NCBI GenBank assembly: GCA_963740315.1
Contig: CAVUDP010000002.1
Location: forward strand, 2,240,001 to 2,304,000
Reading direction: 5' to 3'
DNA: 64,000 nucleotides
Source of the DNA: an uncultured cyanobacterium
GTDB taxonomy: Bacteria > Cyanobacteriota > Cyanobacteriia > Cyanobacteriales > Nostocaceae
Positions 31,297-42,544 of the stretch are shown here, one piece after another (within the stretch, counting starts at the first letter, position 1; the number at the start of each line of letters is the position of its first letter). The notes under the pieces are model-generated. The model was given only the letters and a program-made list of their open reading frames with translations, was not told where the DNA came from and searched no databases. The translations under genes were made by a program, and so were the position numbers.

Positions 31297-33674
31297 TACC
31301 GCTTCCACTTCCAATCGCGAATTTCGGGCATATCTTCGCCATGCTCGCGGACATATTGCTTGTGTTCGATCAGCTTGTTGTGCAGCATTTGCTTGACGTG
31401 AGCCGCTCTATATCTTAGATGGGGAACTCTGTCAATGGCATCATCTGCTAAATTAAAGCGGTCTAATTCGTTCAGAACCACCATATCAAAAGGTGTGGTT
31501 GTGGTTCCTTCTTCTTTGTAACCCCGGACGTGGAGGTTATTGTGATTTGTGCGACGATATGCTAAACGGTGAATCAACCAAGGATAACCGTGGAAGGCAA
31601 AAATCACTGGTTTATCTGTGGTGAAAATGCTGTCAAAGTCTTTGTCGCTCAAACCGTGGGGATGTTCGGTGTCTGGCTGTAGCGTCATTAAGTCTACTAC
31701 GTTTACTACTCTGATTTTTAATTCTGGAAAGTTATCCCGCAATATCTCTACTGCTGCTAAGGTTTCCAACGTGGGAACGTCGCCACAGCAAGCCATGACT
31801 ACATCTGGTTCGCTTCCTTGGTCGTTAGAAGCCCAACCCCAAATACCGATCCCTGTGGTGCAGTGTTTAACTGCTTCATCCATATTCAGATACTGTAAGG
31901 AGGGTTGTTTACCCGCTACAATCACGTTAACGTAATTGCGACTTCTTAAACAATGGTCTGTCACCGATAGCAGACAATTAGCATCGGGTGGTAAATATAC
32001 TCTCACAACTTCGGCTTTTTTATTAACAACGTGGTCGATAAAGCCGGGATCTTGATGGCTAAAGCCGTTGTGATCTTGCCGCCATACGTGAGATGTTAGT
32101 AAATACGTTAGTGAAGCAACTGGTCTGCGCCAAGGAATTTCGCGGGTAGTTTTCAACCATTTGGCGTGCTGGTTGAACATTGAATCGATGATATGGATGA
32201 AGGCTTCATAACAGGAAAATAATCCATGACGACCTGTAAGTAGGTATCCTTCCAACCATCCTTGACAAGTATTTTCGCTGAGGATTTCCATAACGCGACC
32301 GTCTGCTGCTAAGTGGTCGTCGTATTCCAAGGTTTCTGCAACCCAAGTTCTATCTGTAACATCTAACACGTCAGCGAGTCGGTTACTTGCGGTTTCGTCT
32401 GGCCCAAATAAACGGAAGTTGCGGCTATCTAAATTAAATTTCATCACATCCCGCAATAATTTACCCATAGTGCGGGTTGCTTCGGCAATAGTTTTTCCCG
32501 GTTCGTTAACTTCTACGGCATAGTTACGAAAATCGGGCATTTTCAAGTCTCGCAGCAAAACACCGCCGTTAGCGTGGGGATTATCACCCATACGCCGATT
32601 TCCTGTAGGTGCGAGTTCGGCTAATTCGGCGATTAATTTACCGTTTTGATCAAATAATTCTTCTGGCTGGTAACTCTTCATCCAGTCTTCCAGCATTTTT
32701 ACGTGTGCTGGTTCCGCAGCCATATTTGATAGCGGTACCTGGTGCGATCGCCAATAATCTTCGGTCTTTTTCCCATCAACTTCTTTAGGTCCAGTCCAAC
32801 CTTTGGGACTTCTAAGAACAATCATCGGCCATTGCGGACGCACTTTGAAACCATTTGCCCGCGCATCTTCCTGAATTTCGCGGATTTCATGCAAAACTGT
32901 ATCCATCGTTGCAGCCATCAATTGATGCATGGCTTCTGGATCGGAACCCTCAACAAAATAAGGTTTATAACCGTAACCCTCAAACAGCTTTTGTAATTCC
33001 TCATGACTCACTCTTGCCAAAAGTGTAGGGTTGGCAATTTTATAGCCGTTGAGGTGCAAAATCGGCAGTACCGCACCGTCGCGTACTGGATTCAAAAACT
33101 TATTAGAATGCCAACTTGCCGCCAGCGAACCCGTTTCCGCTTCACCATCACCGACAACGCAAGCCACAATCAAATCGGGATTATCAAAAGCCGCACCAAA
33201 AGCGTGGGAAAGAGAATAACCGAGTTCTCCACCTTCATGGATGCTTCCTGGAGTTTCCGGCGCTACGTGACTGGGAATTCCACCGGGAAAAGAAAACTGT
33301 TTGAACAGCTTTTGCATCCCTTGAGCATCTTGAGAAATATTCGGATAATATTCGCTATAAGTTCCTTCAAGATAAGTATTAGCCACCAAACCTGGGCCAC
33401 CATGTCCGGGACCGGCAATATAAATCATACTTAAATCATCTCGCTTAATTACCCGGTTGAGATGAACGTAAATAAAATTTAAACCTGGAGTAGTTCCCCA
33501 ATGTCCTAAAAGTCTGGGTTTAACGTGTTCTAACTTCAGCGGTTCCTTAAGTAGAGGATTATTTAATAAATATATTTGTCCAACCGAAAGATAATTTGCT
33601 GCACTCCAATAAGCGTTAATCTTCCGTAATTCATCATCCTGCAATGGCTTATGTAGACGGCTTGCTAAAGTCAT
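31296..33674 (-). CDS. xfp: Xylulose-5-P/fructose-6-P phosphoketolase
   Basis: 'LGHWGTTPG', 'HEGGELGY', ThDP motif 'GDGEAETG...NG', '[12 protein letters not shown]'; ATG at 33674 is better spaced from GGAG than the TTG at 33680. Confidence 0.97.
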   Translation of the reverse strand: MTLASRLHKPLQDDELRKINAYWSAANYLSVGQIYLLNNPLLKEPLKLEHVKPRLLGHWGTTPGLNFIYVHLNRVIKRDDLSMIYIAGPGHGGPGLVANTYLEGTYSEYYPNISQDAQGMQKLFKQFSFPGGIPSHVAPETPGSIHEGGELGYSLSHAFGAAFDNPDLIVACVVGDGEAETGSLAASWHSNKFLNPVRDGAVLPILHLNGYKIANPTLLARVSHEELQKLFEGYGYKPYFVEGSDPEAMHQLMAATMDTVLHEIREIQEDARANGFKVRPQWPMIVLRSPKGWTGPKEVDGKKTEDYWRSHQVPLSNMAAEPAHVKMLEDWMKSYQPEELFDQNGKLIAELAELAPTGNRRMGDNPHANGGVLLRDLKMPDFRNYAVEVNEPGKTIAEATRTMGKLLRDVMKFNLDSRNFRLFGPDETASNRLADVLDVTDRTWVAETLEYDDHLAADGRVMEILSENTCQGWLEGYLLTGRHGLFSCYEAFIHIIDSMFNQHAKWLKTTREIPWRRPVASLTYLLTSHVWRQDHNGFSHQDPGFIDHVVNKKAEVVRVYLPPDANCLLSVTDHCLRSRNYVNVIVAGKQPSLQYLNMDEAVKHCTTGIGIWGWASNDQGSEPDVVMACCGDVPTLETLAAVEILRDNFPELKIRVVNVVDLMTLQPDTEHPHGLSDKDFDSIFTTDKPVIFAFHGYPWLIHRLAYRRTNHNNLHVRGYKEEGTTTTPFDMVVLNELDRFNLADDAIDRVPHLRYRAAHVKQMLHNKLIEHKQYVREHGEDMPEIRDWKWKR

Positions 33675-34228
33675 AGTCAACTCCTTAACGTCATTTTTTG
33701 TCGCATTTTAACAATTATATAAACGTAAATATTCTAATTTCTTTTATATCTAAATGAATATTTTTCGTATTATCGCTTTAATTTCCGATCGCGCTATAGC
33801 ACAACACAAGAGTTAGTTATTTAAAACAATTTAGAATTACGTCTGATTTTATAGAATAAAGGCGATTAAAAGCTATTAAATCGTTAAAACCTGAAATAAA
33901 TATCGGGCTTAACAATCTTTTTGGGAGTTTATCATAATATCTTTTTGATTATTCAAATTTAACCGCAATTTAACCAAAGCTTTGATTTAAAAACCAGGAT
34001 TCACTTATTAAAAAAAATCAATATTTTCATTTATTTTAATAAAAACTACTTCTTTAGATAGAAGATAATATTTTTTAAAAACTTAGTTACGTCAAGTTAA
34101 TAAAACTATTTAAATAGATAAGATAAAAAAATTAGATATATAGCAATCTTGTAGTGACAACTTAAGATATTAAGAAACCAGATTTTTTCACAAAACCGGG
34201 TTTCTGAATTCCGAGCAAATCGATAGAA

Positions 34229-34801
34229 TTAATTAATCTCCAACAAACCAATCGGCGGCGTAATTTCAATCCGACTAGCTTCTAAATCAACCACCGGAAC
34301 AATTTCTTTCACAAAAGGAATTAAAACAGTCTTGGGATTTTGGATTTTAGATTTTGGATTTTGGATTGTTTCCTTGTCTCCTTCCTCCAAGCGCACCTCT
34401 AATAAATCATTGCCAGCATTAATCAAATCAACTACGGTACCAATTAACTCACCATCATCCTGCATAAAAACAGGTAAACCCACCAAATCCATCAAATGAT
34501 ATTCATCTTCACCCAAAGATGGGCGATCGCTCTGGGGTACAAGTAACTTACAACCGCGTAATTCTTCAGCGCGATCGCGATAATTAACCCCAGCCAACTG
34601 AATCACATAGAGATTTTTACCCGACAAAAAACGACCTTTAACCAACTCTACCTCTTCCGGTTCCGTCGCATTCGGATGCAACAGCCAACGCTTACCCGGC
34701 ACCTCAAAACGTTCGGGAAAATCCGTTTGTGGATAAACCCGCATTTCACCCTTCATTCCTTGAGGCGAAACAATCTTACCAATTTCCAACCAATCATCCA
34801 T
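34229..34801 (-). CDS. rimM: Ribosome maturation factor RimM
   Basis: 'IGKIV.PQG.KGE.RV...TDFPERF', 'AGNDLLEV', 'LIPFV.EIVP.VD'. Confidence 0.93.
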   Translation of the reverse strand: MDDWLEIGKIVSPQGMKGEMRVYPQTDFPERFEVPGKRWLLHPNATEPEEVELVKGRFLSGKNLYVIQLAGVNYRDRAEELRGCKLLVPQSDRPSLGEDEYHLMDLVGLPVFMQDDGELIGTVVDLINAGNDLLEVRLEEGDKETIQNPKSKIQNPKTVLIPFVKEIVPVVDLEASRIEITPPIGLLEIN

Positions 34802-34856
34802 TATCAGTTACCAGTTATCAGTTATCAGTTAGCAGGGAGTAGGGGATTAAATTCGG

Positions 34857-35120
34857 TAGTGCGAGCATCTTGCTCGCTGGCTGTTTCAAGATCGCATCTT
34901 GCTCGCTAGTAGTCCATTTCATTAGTTTTGACAGGTTCTACGTGCCGGCATCGGTTCCCTAAATCCGGAGCGCTTTAGCGCTTACTACGAACCTTTATTA
35001 CCCTTCAAAACTAATGCGACACAGTACTAGGTGTTTGAAGATCGGATCTTAATCGCTAGCTGTTTGAAGATCGGATCTTAATCGCTGGCTGTTTCAAGCG
35101 AGCAAGATGCTCGCACTACT
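34857..35120. mobile_element. Composite repeat: inverted GTAGTGCGAGCATCTTGCTCGC REP-like ends with a CTAG-flanked MITE (34906-35030) nested inside
   Basis: Outer inverted copies at 34857 and ~35097-35119; inner TIRs CTAGTAGTCCATTTCATTAGTTTTGA / TCAAAACTAATGCGACACAGTACTAG. Confidence 0.7.
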
Positions 35121-35159
35121 ATGATTAGATAAATTATTTTTTGGAAGTCCTTTATAAAT

Positions 35160-35390
35160 AACTCCTAACTCCTAACTCCTAACTCCTAACTCCTAACTCC
35201 CCATCCCCCCATCTCCCCATCCCCCCATCTCCCCATCCCCCCATCCCCCCATCCCCCCATCCCCCCATCTCCCCATCTCCCCATCCCCCCATCTCCCCAT
35301 CCCCCCATCTCCCCATCCCCCCATCTCCCCATCTCCCCATCCCCCCATCTCCCCATCCCCCCATCCCCCCCATCTCCCCATCCCCCCATC
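35160..35390. repeat. STRR arrays (ACTCCTA; CCCCATC(C/T))
   Basis: Directly visible tandem units. Confidence 0.92.
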
Positions 35391-35393
35391 ATC

Positions 35394-36683
35394 TCATGCA
35401 CTCACGGCAGCACTGCGATAAACCTCTTGGGCTACTTTGGCGAAACGCTGCATTCCGGTTTTGATTTCTTCGTCGCTACCCGTGAGGCTGACGCGGAAAC
35501 ATTCATGTTTGTGTTGCCATTCTTCGCGCAAGCCGGGGAAGAAGGAGTTTCCAGGGACGACTATTACGCCTACTTTTTTGAGTTTTTGGTAAAAATCGTT
35601 GTCGCTGATGGGTAAATCTTTGAGCCATATCCAAGCAAAAATTGCTCCTTCACCGCGATGTAGAAACCAAGGTAAATTATCGGGCATTGCTGCTTCTAAA
35701 GTACTTTCTAAAACGGCGAATTTATTTTTATAAAAAGGACGAATTACGGTTTCGCTGATTCGTGCTAACTCCCCCGAATCGATCGCACGAGCGGCTATGG
35801 CTTGCCCGTATCGCGATGAATGCAAGCTGGCGTTTGCTTGAAAACACTCCAATGCTTCAATTAATTTTTCATCCCCGATCGCAATCCCAACTCTTTCTCC
35901 GGGTAATCCTGCTTTTGATAAACTCATGCAGTGCAGAATGTTTTCACCAAATGCTGGTGTCATTTCGGTATAATTTAAAGCTGGAAAAGGTGGAGCGTAT
36001 GCCGAATCAATTAAGACTGGTACATTAGATTTTGCGGCAAGTGTGGCGATTTTCTTAACTTCTTCGTCGGTAACAACATTACCTGTAGGATTACAGGGAC
36101 GAGAGAATAAAACGCAACCAGTCTTTTCTGTAATCGATAACTGGCTGAAGTCGGGACGATATTTAAATCTATGGGCAGATTTGTCAATATCTAAAGTCGG
36201 TTTGTAAGCAAATAACGCTTCGGGAACCAAACTAACGCCACCGTAACCTGTATAATCGGGACTTAAAGGAAAAACAATTTGTTTTAGTTCATCGTTGGTG
36301 TTATAACCGCCAAAGACATTCGCAGCGTAGAAATAAAGCGTTTGACTGCCGGGAGTAATTAAAATATTGCGTTCGGTAAGATTTAAACCGTAGCGTTTGT
36401 TAAAGTCTTTCGCAACAGCTTCGATTAACGGCGTATAACCCTTAGAGTAGCCATAACGGCAAACAACTTCACCATATTCCTGACTCGCTAAAAGTTCCGC
36501 AGTACAATCGCGCCATAGTTGTTCGACTTCAGGCAAAATTAACGGATTACCCGCACTCAAATTCATCAACTCCTGCCCATTACCTGCGCGTAAAGTTTCA
36601 TTGATATCCTTCATAATCGCTCTTACGCCAGTAAGTTTAGACATTTGAGCGCCGAATTTAGTTAGGGCAGGTTTCATAAGCAA
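35394..36683 (-). CDS. avtA: Valine--pyruvate aminotransferase
   Basis: 'LSAGNP', 'SRPCNPTGNV', 'IDSAY', PLP-lysine 'SLSKAGLPGERVG'. Confidence 0.9.
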   Translation of the reverse strand: MLMKPALTKFGAQMSKLTGVRAIMKDINETLRAGNGQELMNLSAGNPLILPEVEQLWRDCTAELLASQEYGEVVCRYGYSKGYTPLIEAVAKDFNKRYGLNLTERNILITPGSQTLYFYAANVFGGYNTNDELKQIVFPLSPDYTGYGGVSLVPEALFAYKPTLDIDKSAHRFKYRPDFSQLSITEKTGCVLFSRPCNPTGNVVTDEEVKKIATLAAKSNVPVLIDSAYAPPFPALNYTEMTPAFGENILHCMSLSKAGLPGERVGIAIGDEKLIEALECFQANASLHSSRYGQAIAARAIDSGELARISETVIRPFYKNKFAVLESTLEAAMPDNLPWFLHRGEGAIFAWIWLKDLPISDNDFYQKLKKVGVIVVPGNSFFPGLREEWQHKHECFRVSLTGSDEEIKTGMQRFAKVAQEVYRSAAVSA

Positions 36684-36941
36684 TCAACAACAAATATAGA
36701 TATTTTAACTATAATATTCGATGGGGATTGGGGATTGGGGAATAGGTTAAAGGTCTGCATGTTAAAGGTGAGGAGTTAGGATCGCCGGAGTTAAAAATTA
36801 ATATTTCTCCTTGTCTCCCCATCTCCCCATCTCCCCATCTCCCCATCTCCCCATCTCCCCATCTCCTTGTCTCCCCATCTCCCCATCCCTCCACCGCTAT
36901 ACACTCAAGAAAGAAGATTGAACGAAACAAGAGGGTGAACA

Positions 36942-38054
36942 GTGAAAGTTAAAGCAGCAGTGGCTTATGAAGCGGGTAAGCCGTTAAGTATTGAAACGGT
37001 TAATTTAGAGGGACCAAAAGCTGGTGAAGTATTAATAGAAATTAAAGCTAGCGGCATCTGTCATACCGATGCTTACACGGTTTCTGGGAAAGATCCAGAA
37101 GGTTTATTCCCGGCTATTTTGGGACATGAGGGTGCTGGAGTTGTTGTGGATGTAGGAAAAGATGTCACCAGCGTTAAAAAAGGTGATCGCGTTATTCCTC
37201 TTTACACTCCCGAATGTCGTCAGTGTGAATATTGTTTGAGCTTAAAAACTAACCTTTGTCAAGCAATTCGCAGCACTCAAGGTAAAGGCTTGATGCCCGA
37301 CGGTACCAGTCGTTTTTCCATTGGCGATAAAAAGCTTTATCACTACATGGGTACGTCAACTTTTGCTAACTATACGGTGCTGCCGGAAATTGCGATCGCA
37401 AAAATTCGCGAAGATGCGCCTTTTGAAAAGGTTTGTTACATCGGTTGCGGCGTTACTACGGGTATAGGTGCGGTTATTTACACCGCAAAAGTAGAACCCG
37501 GTTCAAAAGTTATAGTTTTCGGTTTGGGTGGTATCGGCTTAAATGTGATTCAAGGCGCGAAAATGGTAGGTGCCGATACGATTATCGGTGTAGATATTAA
37601 TCCCCAAAAACGTGAATTAGCAGAAAAATTCGGCATGACACACTTTGTTAATCCTAAAGAAGTAGAAGGAGATTTAGTTCCTTACTTAGTAGATTTAACC
37701 AAAGGTGGAGCCGACTATACATTTGAATGCATTGGTAACGTAAAAGTGATGCGTCAAGCATTAGAATGCTGTCATAAAGGTTGGGGACAAAGTATTATAA
37801 TTGGCGTTGCAGGTGCCGGAGAAGAAATAAGCACCCGTCCATTTCAACTTGTTACCGGAAGAGTTTGGAAAGGTTCGGCATTTGGTGGAGCCAGGGGACG
37901 TACCGACGTACCAAAAATCGTTGATTGGTACATGGAAGGAAAGATAAACATCGATGATTTAATTACTCATGTAATGCCAATAGAAAAGATTAACGAAGGA
38001 TTTGAATTAATGCATAAAGGAGAATCAATTCGTAGCGTAGTTACATTTGATTGA
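36942..38054 (+). CDS. frmA: S-(hydroxymethyl)glutathione dehydrogenase / class III alcohol dehydrogenase
   Basis: '[24 protein letters not shown]', '[21 protein letters not shown]'. Confidence 0.95.
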   Translation: MKVKAAVAYEAGKPLSIETVNLEGPKAGEVLIEIKASGICHTDAYTVSGKDPEGLFPAILGHEGAGVVVDVGKDVTSVKKGDRVIPLYTPECRQCEYCLSLKTNLCQAIRSTQGKGLMPDGTSRFSIGDKKLYHYMGTSTFANYTVLPEIAIAKIREDAPFEKVCYIGCGVTTGIGAVIYTAKVEPGSKVIVFGLGGIGLNVIQGAKMVGADTIIGVDINPQKRELAEKFGMTHFVNPKEVEGDLVPYLVDLTKGGADYTFECIGNVKVMRQALECCHKGWGQSIIIGVAGAGEEISTRPFQLVTGRVWKGSAFGGARGRTDVPKIVDWYMEGKINIDDLITHVMPIEKINEGFELMHKGESIRSVVTFD

Positions 38055-38245
38055 TAATGTTGTAGAGACGTAGCACTGCTACGTCTCCAATATCTAGGTT
38101 ATCAAACGAGTTCCTTGAATATTGCCTATAGTGGTGAACAATATAGCGATCGATAGCGAGCAAGATGCTCGCACTACAAATCATTTTGAAAAATTGGATG
38201 TTTCCAACATAGACTACAAACATTCTATAAAACTGAGTTTTATTT

Positions 38246-38761
38246 ATGATGTCAAATTTTTTCTTTGATTTTATGCCTTTAAATAACCCTACGTTGATGG
38301 GTGTGTATATAGTTCTTTTTACTGTTATAAGTAGTGCAATTATTAATTTATCTACAGCTATGATTAATAATCGGTTTCAAGAACAAAGGGAGAAAATTAG
38401 CCAAATTCAAGACATTTATGCTGGTTGTATTAAAAACCTTACAACAGTATCAACTCTTTCGGGTGCTACTGAAGATAATTTAGATAATATAGAACAATCT
38501 TTAATTGAAGCAAAAAAATATTTGAGTCTTTTGCTAATACGTACTAAAAAAAGGAGTTATATATCTAGCATTGAGAAAGAAGCATATTTATTTGCAACAG
38601 GAAACTATGAAAAGCTTTTAGAGATAGCCAGTCAAAATGAATTTAAATCTTCAAAATATAATTATCTATTAAATGAACCTCAAAAACAAGTTTTAAGTGC
38701 AGCAGATATAATGCTTCAGATAATGATTAAAAATGCAAAGGATAAGAGATTGTTATTATAA
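38246..38761 (+). CDS. Hypothetical protein with N-terminal TM segment
   Basis: 171-aa AT-rich ORF with hydrophobic N-terminus; no family recognised. Confidence 0.6.
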   Translation: MMSNFFFDFMPLNNPTLMGVYIVLFTVISSAIINLSTAMINNRFQEQREKISQIQDIYAGCIKNLTTVSTLSGATEDNLDNIEQSLIEAKKYLSLLLIRTKKRSYISSIEKEAYLFATGNYEKLLEIASQNEFKSSKYNYLLNEPQKQVLSAADIMLQIMIKNAKDKRLLL

Positions 38762-38820
38762 TTTTATCTCGTTATTTCCTTCCTAATCTCATATAAAAAA
38801 TATATTCCATAATGCTCTCC

Positions 38821-39441
38821 TTATCTAACAATCAATTCACCAACCCGCTTCAACACAGTCAAAACTTGCTGAAATTCATCATCCTTCTCAATCGACAACG
38901 CATAAGAACGAGCATATTTTATTTCTTCCCGCACCAATTTAACAAAAACAAATTCCCTACCATTCACAAGTAAACCAAAAGTAGGTTTTTCTTGATCGCG
39001 AGAATTCGACATATAAGCTAATGCTTGAGGTAGCGCGATCGTTACATCAAATTTAGTACTCTTAGACTCAATAACAAGTATCCAAAAGTTTTTTTGCACC
39101 ACCAAAACATCAATATTACCTTTCAGCTTAACTCCCTCTTCTTCCGCTACAATTTCTACAGAAGTTTCAGTTTCAATTTCAAAAGGTGGTTGATAGAAAC
39201 CAGCCAGATCCAGTAAAGGAGACAGCACCACCATTTTTACTGCTTCCTCTGATATTAAACGTCTTCTAGTTAAATTAAAGTAATTACTTTGAACTCGTTT
39301 TAAAGATTGCTTTTCTATATCTGTTAGCGAAGGTAAATTATCAGTCCATTCAGTGAAAAAATCTTTATCTGTAGATTGTAAACCAAACTTTTCTTCTAAC
39401 TCGTAAATACTTATATCTTTAGCTTGAATTATTTGCACCAT
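38821..39441 (-). CDS. Stand-alone type I restriction enzyme R N-terminal-like (PD-(D/E)xK) protein
   Basis: 'EE.VKMVVLSPLL..AGF', 'GNIDVLV', 'VIESK', 'QALAYM', 'GLLVNG..F.F'. Confidence 0.8.
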   Translation of the reverse strand: MVQIIQAKDISIYELEEKFGLQSTDKDFFTEWTDNLPSLTDIEKQSLKRVQSNYFNLTRRRLISEEAVKMVVLSPLLDLAGFYQPPFEIETETSVEIVAEEEGVKLKGNIDVLVVQKNFWILVIESKSTKFDVTIALPQALAYMSNSRDQEKPTFGLLVNGREFVFVKLVREEIKYARSYALSIEKDDEFQQVLTVLKRVGELIVR

Positions 39442-39482
39442 AGTTATAATAAGTTTAGTTATATTTCAAAAGCCTTAATTAA

Positions 39483-40043
39483 ATGTTATCTCAATTCCCC
39501 GAACTAGAAACAGAAAATTTACTATTAAGACAAGTAAACCAATCTGACGCAAAAGCTATTTTTCAGCATTTCTCGGACAAAGAAGTTTTGAAATATCACG
39601 ATTTAGAAGCCTTAACAAATATCGAACAAGCAAAAGAATTAATTAACAGCTTTTACGAAAGGTTTCATAATCAACAAATGATTCGCTGGGGAATTGCGAA
39701 AAAAGAAGACAATATTATAATTGGTACTTGCGGTTATAATTGGTTACAGAAAAGCTTTCAGGCAGAAATTGGATACGAACTTTCTCAAGCTTATTGGCGA
39801 AAGGGAATTATGACAGAAGCATTAACTGCTGCGATCAAATTTGGATTTGAAAAGATGGAATTAAACCGAATTGCAGCAACTGCAATGTTGGAAAATACTG
39901 CTTCTATGAAACTTTTAGAAAAATTAGGCTTTGCTCCTGAAGGTATTTTAAGAGAATATGGCTTTTGGAAAGGTGAATTTCACGATTTAAAGATGTTCGC
40001 TTTATTGAAGAAAGAAGCATCACAATATATAGAAAAAAAATAA
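39483..40043 (+). CDS. GNAT N-acetyltransferase, RimJ/RimL family
   Basis: 'LETE.L.LR', 'EIGYEL...YWRKGIM.EA', 'N.AS..LLEKLGF..EG.LR'. Confidence 0.9.
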   Translation: MLSQFPELETENLLLRQVNQSDAKAIFQHFSDKEVLKYHDLEALTNIEQAKELINSFYERFHNQQMIRWGIAKKEDNIIIGTCGYNWLQKSFQAEIGYELSQAYWRKGIMTEALTAAIKFGFEKMELNRIAATAMLENTASMKLLEKLGFAPEGILREYGFWKGEFHDLKMFALLKKEASQYIEKK

Positions 40044-40420
40044 CTGTAGTGCGAGCATCTTGCTCGCTATTTATCTTAAAACATCTTGCTCGCTATTCTT
40101 AAAACATCTTGGCGTGTGCCATCAAAGATATCTTGCTCGCTATTTATCTTAAAACTGACAACTTTCTTTAAAATTACAACGTTATTTTAAAATTGCATAA
40201 TTATCATAATCTTGTAATTGGTGCGTGACGCTATAAACATGGTAGATTCCTTACAAAGTTTGTCGAAGCGTCACACACCCTACAATTAATATTCTTGTGG
40301 GATGGACATCCTTGCCCATCTTTCCCATAAAGTTAAGATTTGTTAAATATCTCCAGGTTTTATAATTCATACAGAAGAATGTGTGCTTTAACATTCATAA
40401 CTAACTAACTTGTATAAACT

Positions 40421-41536
40421 ATGAACTGGTGGCAAAGACTTAAGAAAAATCCTTTAGCACGATTTGGGGCAATTTTACTGATAATTTTCTATATAACGGT
40501 AATTTTCGCGGATTTTGTTGCACCTTACGATCCATATTATTCCCAACCAAATGGTTCCTTACTGCCACCAACTCGCGTATATTTAAATACTAAAGAAGGA
40601 AAGTTTATCGGTCCTCATATTTATCCGACGACTCAAGGTGATACGGAATTAGAAACAGGCGATCGCGAAATTATTGTTGATTACAGTAAACCTTCTCCTC
40701 TACGTTTATTTGTCCAAGGTTCCGAATATAATCTGTTTAAATTAAGTTTGCCGCTACCGCCAAAGTGGAATGAAGTAACGATATTTCCCGGTATTCCTTT
40801 AAATTTCCATTTATTCGGTGCTGCTGGTGAAGCAAGATACAATCTTTTAGGTACCGACGATCAAGCACGCGATGAATTCACCCGTTTGGTTTATGGTGGT
40901 CGTATCAGTTTATTTATCGGAATTTTGGGTGTTGCGATTTCTTTCCCATTAGGTATGTTAGTTGGCGGAATTTCCGGTTATTTCAGTGGATGGACTGACT
41001 CAATCATCATGCGTGTGGTGGAAGTACTGATGACTTTCCCCAGTATCTATCTTTTGGTCACATTAGGCGCAGTCTTACCACCGGGATTAAGCAGTACTCA
41101 GCGCTTCTTACTGATTGTTTTAATTACTTCCTTGATTGGCTGGGCTGGTTTAGCGCGGGTTATTCGCGGACAAGTGCTGTCAATTAAAGAACGAGAATTT
41201 GTCCAAGCAGCAAGAGCGATGGGTGCTAAACCTTTATATATCATTACCCGCCACGTTTTACCTCAAACTGCAAGCTATCTTGTGATCTCCGCAACCCTTT
41301 CTATACCTAGCTTCATCGGTGCGGAAGCGATCCTAAGTTTGATCGGTTTGGGGATTCAGCAACCAGATCCTTCTTGGGGTAATATGCTATCGTTAGCAAC
41401 CAACGCTTCTATTTTGGTACTGCAACCGTGGTTAATTTGGCCCCCCGCAGTAGTAATTATTTTGACAGTATTGGCGTTTAATTTGCTTGGTGATGGATTA
41501 AGAGATGCATTAGATCCAAAAAGTTTAGGAAGATAA
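40421..41536 (+). CDS. Peptide/nickel ABC transporter permease (DppC/OppC-like)
   Basis: 'LGTD..RD...RL.YGGRISL', EAA loop 'EFVQAARAMGA', 'FNLLGDGLRDALDP'. Confidence 0.92.
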   Translation: MNWWQRLKKNPLARFGAILLIIFYITVIFADFVAPYDPYYSQPNGSLLPPTRVYLNTKEGKFIGPHIYPTTQGDTELETGDREIIVDYSKPSPLRLFVQGSEYNLFKLSLPLPPKWNEVTIFPGIPLNFHLFGAAGEARYNLLGTDDQARDEFTRLVYGGRISLFIGILGVAISFPLGMLVGGISGYFSGWTDSIIMRVVEVLMTFPSIYLLVTLGAVLPPGLSSTQRFLLIVLITSLIGWAGLARVIRGQVLSIKEREFVQAARAMGAKPLYIITRHVLPQTASYLVISATLSIPSFIGAEAILSLIGLGIQQPDPSWGNMLSLATNASILVLQPWLIWPPAVVIILTVLAFNLLGDGLRDALDPKSLGR

Positions 41537-41691
41537 GTAATCGGTAATTGGTAATTGGTATAAATATTTTTGTAGAGACGTAGCATTGCTACGTCTTATT
41601 GATTCTAGGTTGAAAACAGAATTTGCCAAAAACTTTATGGAATTATCGATACGAATCAAAATTACGGAAGTGAAAGGAATAAATTCCGGCT

Positions 41692-42414
41692 CTACGAACC
41701 ATAATTCCAATATTTAAACTGCAAATCTCTATTGTTAATTGCGATCGCAGCAGCACAACTAGAAAAAGGTTGTATTTCTAACAAACTCCATTCACCAAGA
41801 ATATTGGGAATATTTAACTGTGCAGGTTGTTCGGGAGTTAAAGAAATTTCGACTTTGTGTAAATCTTTTAATCCCGTTCCCGTTGCTTTCAAATAAGCTT
41901 CTTTACATGTCCAGTAACGAAAGAATAGCTGTTGCTGTTGCTCTTGAGCAGCCGATTCGATCGCAGCGAATTCACTGGGAGCAAAAAACCTTTGAGCCAG
42001 GGAAACCACATCGGTAGTTGAGTTGATGCATTCTAGATCGACACCGATAGAATTATTTAAACTCACCGCATACAACGCAAAATCTTGGGAGTGAGACAAA
42101 TTAAAGCATATATTATTGTTACAGCTTTCATCTAAAAACGGTTTACCGCGAGGTTCGTAACCAAACTTGATTTTAGACGGTTCGATATTTAAATAGCGAC
42201 CTAATATATTTCTGAGAATACCCCGTGCGGCAATAAAACGCTGCCGATGTTGCTCAAAATGAAATCTTCTTGCTCTAATTAACTCATCTTCTGAAAGAGT
42301 TTGCGTAAAGAATTCCAACGATGGTTTTACATTGTCGAGATTTTCTCGCCAAACATGAACTTCGTTAGGTAATAATTTAAGATCGGTAATATCAGTCGGC
42401 GCTTTTAACCACAT
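41692..42414 (-). CDS. Sfp/HetI-type 4'-phosphopantetheinyl transferase
   Basis: 'GKP', 'FNLSHS', 'IGVDLE', 'WTCKEAYLKA.G.G'. Confidence 0.92.
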   Translation of the reverse strand: MWLKAPTDITDLKLLPNEVHVWRENLDNVKPSLEFFTQTLSEDELIRARRFHFEQHRQRFIAARGILRNILGRYLNIEPSKIKFGYEPRGKPFLDESCNNNICFNLSHSQDFALYAVSLNNSIGVDLECINSTTDVVSLAQRFFAPSEFAAIESAAQEQQQQLFFRYWTCKEAYLKATGTGLKDLHKVEISLTPEQPAQLNIPNILGEWSLLEIQPFSSCAAAIAINNRDLQFKYWNYGS

Positions 42415-42544
42415 TTTACAGTGAACAGTTATCAGTTATCAGTTATCAGTTATCAGTTAAGAAAAGTTATCAAATCCTTTGTAGTGGGAGCATCTTGCTC
42501 CCTATCTCCCCCGAACCCCATCTCCTAACTCCCCCCCATCCCCC

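Noticed and set aside
38821..39441. Functional type I R-M system
   Set aside because: Only a stand-alone HsdR-N-like domain; no helicase, hsdM or hsdS
41692..42414. NRPS/PKS or heterocyst glycolipid cluster
   Set aside because: PPTase has no adjacent synthase genes in the window
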